This document shows, in pieces, positions 61,143 to 64,000 of a DNA stretch of 64,000 nucleotides (position 1 is the first letter of the stretch; every line of letters starts with the position of its first letter). Origin of the DNA: a virus. The notes below the pieces were generated by a model. It made no database searches, was not told the origin of the DNA, and saw only the letters and a list, made by a program, of their open reading frames with translations. The position numbers and the translations under genes were made by a program. Location of the stretch: positions 32,001-96,000 of IMG/VR virus record IMGVR_UViG_3300028028_000001, one strand, 5' to 3'.

Positions 61143-61381
61143 TTTGCCTTTTCGTCTTCGGTTGGCATGGCAGGGACATCGAAAAAGGGACCGTCCGGGT
61201 TGTCGCCGCATCGCCCTTGTCTGTTCATCCTCCGATACCAGAGAGCGCACCGGGATCCGATGCAGTCGATTCCGGGGGCCTTGGAAGGGTCGGGGAAAAC
61301 AGGGACCGCGTAGGGAATTCCGCTATTCGGTACAATCTCAAGAAGGATCGCCCTCGCCTGCATGAGTCGGTGACAGATCAT
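61139..61381 (-). CDS. Hypothetical protein
   Basis: ATGA overlaps at both ends. Confidence 0.5.
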   Translation of the reverse strand: MICHRLMQARAILLEIVPNSGIPYAVPVFPDPSKAPGIDCIGSRCALWYRRMNRQGRCGDNPDGPFFDVPAMPTEDEKAK

Positions 61382-61740
61382 GATTCGACCCCTGCAAACC
61401 GCGCCCTTACCTCCTCGCTCATCGGCTCGGAGTTGTCAACGCACTTGAAGCAACCCCCAGCGCCACGGAATACCGACTTGTCGATCTCCATGAAAATGCC
61501 GTAGTGCTCTTTATCGGTCACAAGCCGGAACCGGAGCACCTTGGACCCTACCCGACGAAGGATCGCCATGATGTCCGACGCTCGCCCGGAGTAGACCGCG
61601 ACGTATCCGTCCGCTGATTCCGTTCCGCTGTTTCTGACGGTCGTTTCGTCATCTCTGGAGGAACCCTTGCCCTTGAACAGGTCCATAAGTTCCGCGATAA
61701 GCGCCGGGGTGGACTCGTGTTGGATGTTGGTTTCGATCAT
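61378..61740 (-). CDS. Hypothetical protein
   Basis: Internal ATG 61740 lies 1 nt after the upstream stop. Confidence 0.5.
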   Translation of the reverse strand: MIETNIQHESTPALIAELMDLFKGKGSSRDDETTVRNSGTESADGYVAVYSGRASDIMAILRRVGSKVLRFRLVTDKEHYGIFMEIDKSVFRGAGGCFKCVDNSEPMSEEVRARFAGVES

Positions 61741-61741
61741 G

Positions 61742-63319
61742 TCAGTCCCACCGATCGATGCGGTAGGAGGTTGCGATACCGTTCGCCGTGACGCGGAAAG
61801 TACCGGTTGCGCCATTGTCGATCAATACTCCGCAAGCACTGCCTTCCGGAAGTCCTTGCATGAGTGCGCCCCGTGAATACGCCTCGATGACCGCTCGGAT
61901 GCCGTGGAATTCCGACTTGAGCGTTTCGGGGAAAAGCGCATTTCCGCCTTGCTTCGATTCCCGAGCGCCATCGAGGATGAAGACGACTCCATGGCCTTGA
62001 TGCTCGTTCCCGCCATGCCACATCGATGGCTTCAAACTGATGGCGTTGACCTTGGTCCATCCGCGTGAGAGTCCCCACTGTGACGGCGCGGATCCGCCGT
62101 GCCAGAGATACCACGCGAACGGGTTTCGCTGTTCCTCCGAGTCCCATTGCAGGATCGGGGGCGCTTCGGGGTTGACCGCTGTCGTGATGGCTGTGAAGGA
62201 CGAAGAGCCTTCAACAAGGTATTCGATGGCGTCGGCGGTCGAAAGCACCGTGCGTTGGAATTTATCCCAAGTGATCGCCATGGAGGGAGCGGTCATCGTC
62301 GGTGTTTCCGCCTTGCCCTTCGCTTTGAGGTGCCCGAAAACACCGGACGGCTCTTCCGCTTTGGGCGCTTTCGGAGTCCAGACGGTCTGGAGTTCTTCAA
62401 CGCGGGCGATCCTTCGGTCCAGGGAGCCCGCAGCTTTCAGCGTTGCAATCACCTTTTCCGCCTGTGCGATCGTGCCTTCTGACGGCGCTGCTTGCGGGCG
62501 CTGGTACTGGAGGGGGTGCATCTTTTCGGCGAAGCGCTTGGACGCGACTTCGAAGCTCATCCCGGATGCGATGTCTTCCAGGAGTGTCCCGATCATCGAG
62601 GATCGAGGATGGCAGAAACCAGCGGGAGCGGTCGCGACGGCACGCCATACAATGTTGGCCTTGTTGGCTTTCGACGCATCGCGGACAACATGGAGATTTC
62701 GGAGCCATTCGGCGGGGCCAAGCACCTTCTCGGAGCGATAGAGCGCGTCGGACTTGAGAAGCGCGACGGCCTGTTCGAGACTCGACAAGGGGAACTCTCC
62801 GAGCGCTCGGGACACGTTCTTGAAGTCTTCGGCTTTCTCCGCCATCGCTTGACCGTCGGTGTGGATCGGGTGGCGAAAGACGTTCTTCGGACGGATGGCG
62901 AGATGATGCCAGACGCCTGTAACAGGCTGGCCCCATACCTTTTCCGAGGAGAGGAATACGCCGTTCACCTTGGCCTTGCGGACGATTCGAGCGAGCGACG
63001 CGATAGATGCTTTGCACTCTTCGGGGGCGTCGTCTTCGTGCCACATGACAGGCGATGTCCGCCCGTTCTCGTCGATCGTCACGAGTCCACCGAAGCGCTC
63101 GATGAAGTGGCGGCAGGCGTGGCAGTTGTGGTACTGACGGAGATGATCCGGAAAGGACGCAAGGTACGCGTCGAAAAGTCCGGTCGCGTCAGTCGTGAAA
63201 CGTGGCAGGCCTCCGAGTGCTTCGAATCTGGCCTGAAACCTCGCCAGAAACGCGTCGTACTCGTGATCTTCGTGATTGCCGGTATGGGCTGTTCCGATGC
63301 TGGTTGAGATGGTTTCCAC
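61742..63319 (-). CDS. Large hypothetical protein (525 aa), function unknown
   Basis: GTG 63319 has AAGGAAG 4 nt upstream. 'RQYHNCHACRHFIERFGG'. No family recognised. Confidence 0.6.
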   Translation of the reverse strand: METISTSIGTAHTGNHEDHEYDAFLARFQARFEALGGLPRFTTDATGLFDAYLASFPDHLRQYHNCHACRHFIERFGGLVTIDENGRTSPVMWHEDDAPEECKASIASLARIVRKAKVNGVFLSSEKVWGQPVTGVWHHLAIRPKNVFRHPIHTDGQAMAEKAEDFKNVSRALGEFPLSSLEQAVALLKSDALYRSEKVLGPAEWLRNLHVVRDASKANKANIVWRAVATAPAGFCHPRSSMIGTLLEDIASGMSFEVASKRFAEKMHPLQYQRPQAAPSEGTIAQAEKVIATLKAAGSLDRRIARVEELQTVWTPKAPKAEEPSGVFGHLKAKGKAETPTMTAPSMAITWDKFQRTVLSTADAIEYLVEGSSSFTAITTAVNPEAPPILQWDSEEQRNPFAWYLWHGGSAPSQWGLSRGWTKVNAISLKPSMWHGGNEHQGHGVVFILDGARESKQGGNALFPETLKSEFHGIRAVIEAYSRGALMQGLPEGSACGVLIDNGATGTFRVTANGIATSYRIDRWD

Positions 63320-63374
63320 TGTGCTTCCTTTGTTTTTGGGGCTTTGTTTTTTGTAGAAGTGTCCGAAGGGAAGA

Positions 63375-64000
63375 CTATTCCCCCCTCCATTCCATAGCCA
63401 ATTCGCCATCAGAGGGCCGGGCGGACAGGATGATCACGCCCTTCTCGACCGCGAGCCGGGCGAGTTCGGCGACACTGGAGGGCTGCAACTCCGCGAGCCA
63501 CTTTCCATCGATCGGGATGATTCGGCCGGGGAACGCGGCCAACCCAAGATGGAGCATGACGCTCATCCGCTGCCCGTCCGACAAGCCGCGAGGATCGGCG
63601 AAGAGTTTGACCTTGCCATCAACGCTGGCATAGAGCCGACCGTCCACGATGGTCAAGCCAGCCGGGATCCCCTTCGCGGCGAGAATGGCCCCGATTTTCG
63701 ACGAAACGGCCGCCGCCTGGACTCGGAGCCGTTTTCCGTCCGCCTGCGCGTTTTCGGAGGCTTCCTTGGCCAACCCTTGCGCCTCCTTGAGGGTCCGGAG
63801 CGTTTCGGCGTGCTCCTTTCGCTTGGTCTGGATGTCCTTGGCCCGCTTGACCTGCTCGTAGTGGGCCAGGGCGTCCGCGAGCACCTGTTCCGCCTTGTCG
63901 GCGTCGGCGATCGTGGGGAGGTCGGGGATCCCTGCGTAGCTCTTCTGGGCTTCGTCCCATCGGGCGGCTTCGGTGACTCGATCGGATCGCTGCTTGCGGA
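63375..64000 (-). CDS. SMC/Rad50/SbcC-like ATPase, C-terminal part (5' end outside the window)
   Basis: 'GLSDGQRMSVMLHLGLA' is an ABC signature-like motif, followed by 'GRIIPIDGKWLAEL' (Walker B-like). I checked that the frame stays open to nt 64000. Confidence 0.65.
   Translation of the reverse strand, partial: RKQRSDRVTEAARWDEAQKSYAGIPDLPTIADADKAEQVLADALAHYEQVKRAKDIQTKRKEHAETLRTLKEAQGLAKEASENAQADGKRLRVQAAAVSSKIGAILAAKGIPAGLTIVDGRLYASVDGKVKLFADPRGLSDGQRMSVMLHLGLAAFPGRIIPIDGKWLAELQPSSVAELARLAVEKGVIILSARPSDGELAMEWRGE

Noticed and set aside
63230-63319. 'GNHEDH' as evidence that 61742..63319 is an Mre11/SbcD metallophosphatase
   Set aside because: Motifs I/II (DxH, GDxxD) would have to precede it, but only about 15 residues lie upstream. 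The later motifs (GHxH and others) were not found in order.
1-64000. CRISPR array, integrase/att site, transposase or diversity-generating retroelement
   Set aside because: I found no spaced direct-repeat array, no recombinase or reverse-transcriptase motifs in any frame I read, and no template/variable repeat pair near the fibre genes. The tRNA shows no flanking partial duplicate within the window.

Overview
High-GC (roughly 60% by eye) genome segment of a contractile-tailed phage, or the interior of a prophage. I saw no host housekeeping genes, integrase, att site, CRISPR array or rRNA. All family names come from reading the translations from memory; no search was run. There are two convergent blocks. 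(1) The + strand, 1-41.7 kb, opens with five consecutive large 'polyvalent-style' proteins: a ChaB-like fragment, a kinase-like/DUF5661-like protein, an orphan SNF2 helicase C-lobe, a protein with tandem DUF5710-like repeats, a 777-aa protein and a 1900-aa SNF2 helicase. A small island interrupts them (lipoprotein, opposite-strand DNA methyltransferase, Zn-ribbon, DUF1643). After that come prohead protease, scaffold and a 533-aa major capsid protein, neck proteins, sheath and tube, a tail chaperone with a G GGA AAA -1 frameshift site, tape measure, baseplate (gpV-, gp25/LysM-, gpJ-like), fibres (one with BNR/Asp-box motifs) and a lysis cassette (amidase plus small lipobox/TM proteins). (2) The - strand, 41.8-64 kb, is an early/replication block: zinc-finger proteins in a low-GC island, tRNA-Ala(UGC), a radical-SAM gene bracketed by perfect 23-bp direct repeats next to a DUF5131 (Gp37/Gp68) gene, an XRE HTH regulator, a ribosomal L7/L12 C-terminal-domain protein, an SF2 helicase, a C5 DNA methyltransferase, ThyX, beta sliding clamp, SSB, a PD-(D/E)xK resolvase-like nuclease and a Rad50/SbcC-like ATPase that runs off the window. 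Most junctions in this block are ATGA start/stop overlaps. The top candidate for something new is a short module shared by all the large + strand proteins. It holds sequences matching bacterial beta-clamp-binding motifs as I recall them (QLGLF, QLNLF, QMGLF x2, QLAMF) followed by a basic HxR...HxR hairpin, in a phage that encodes its own clamp.
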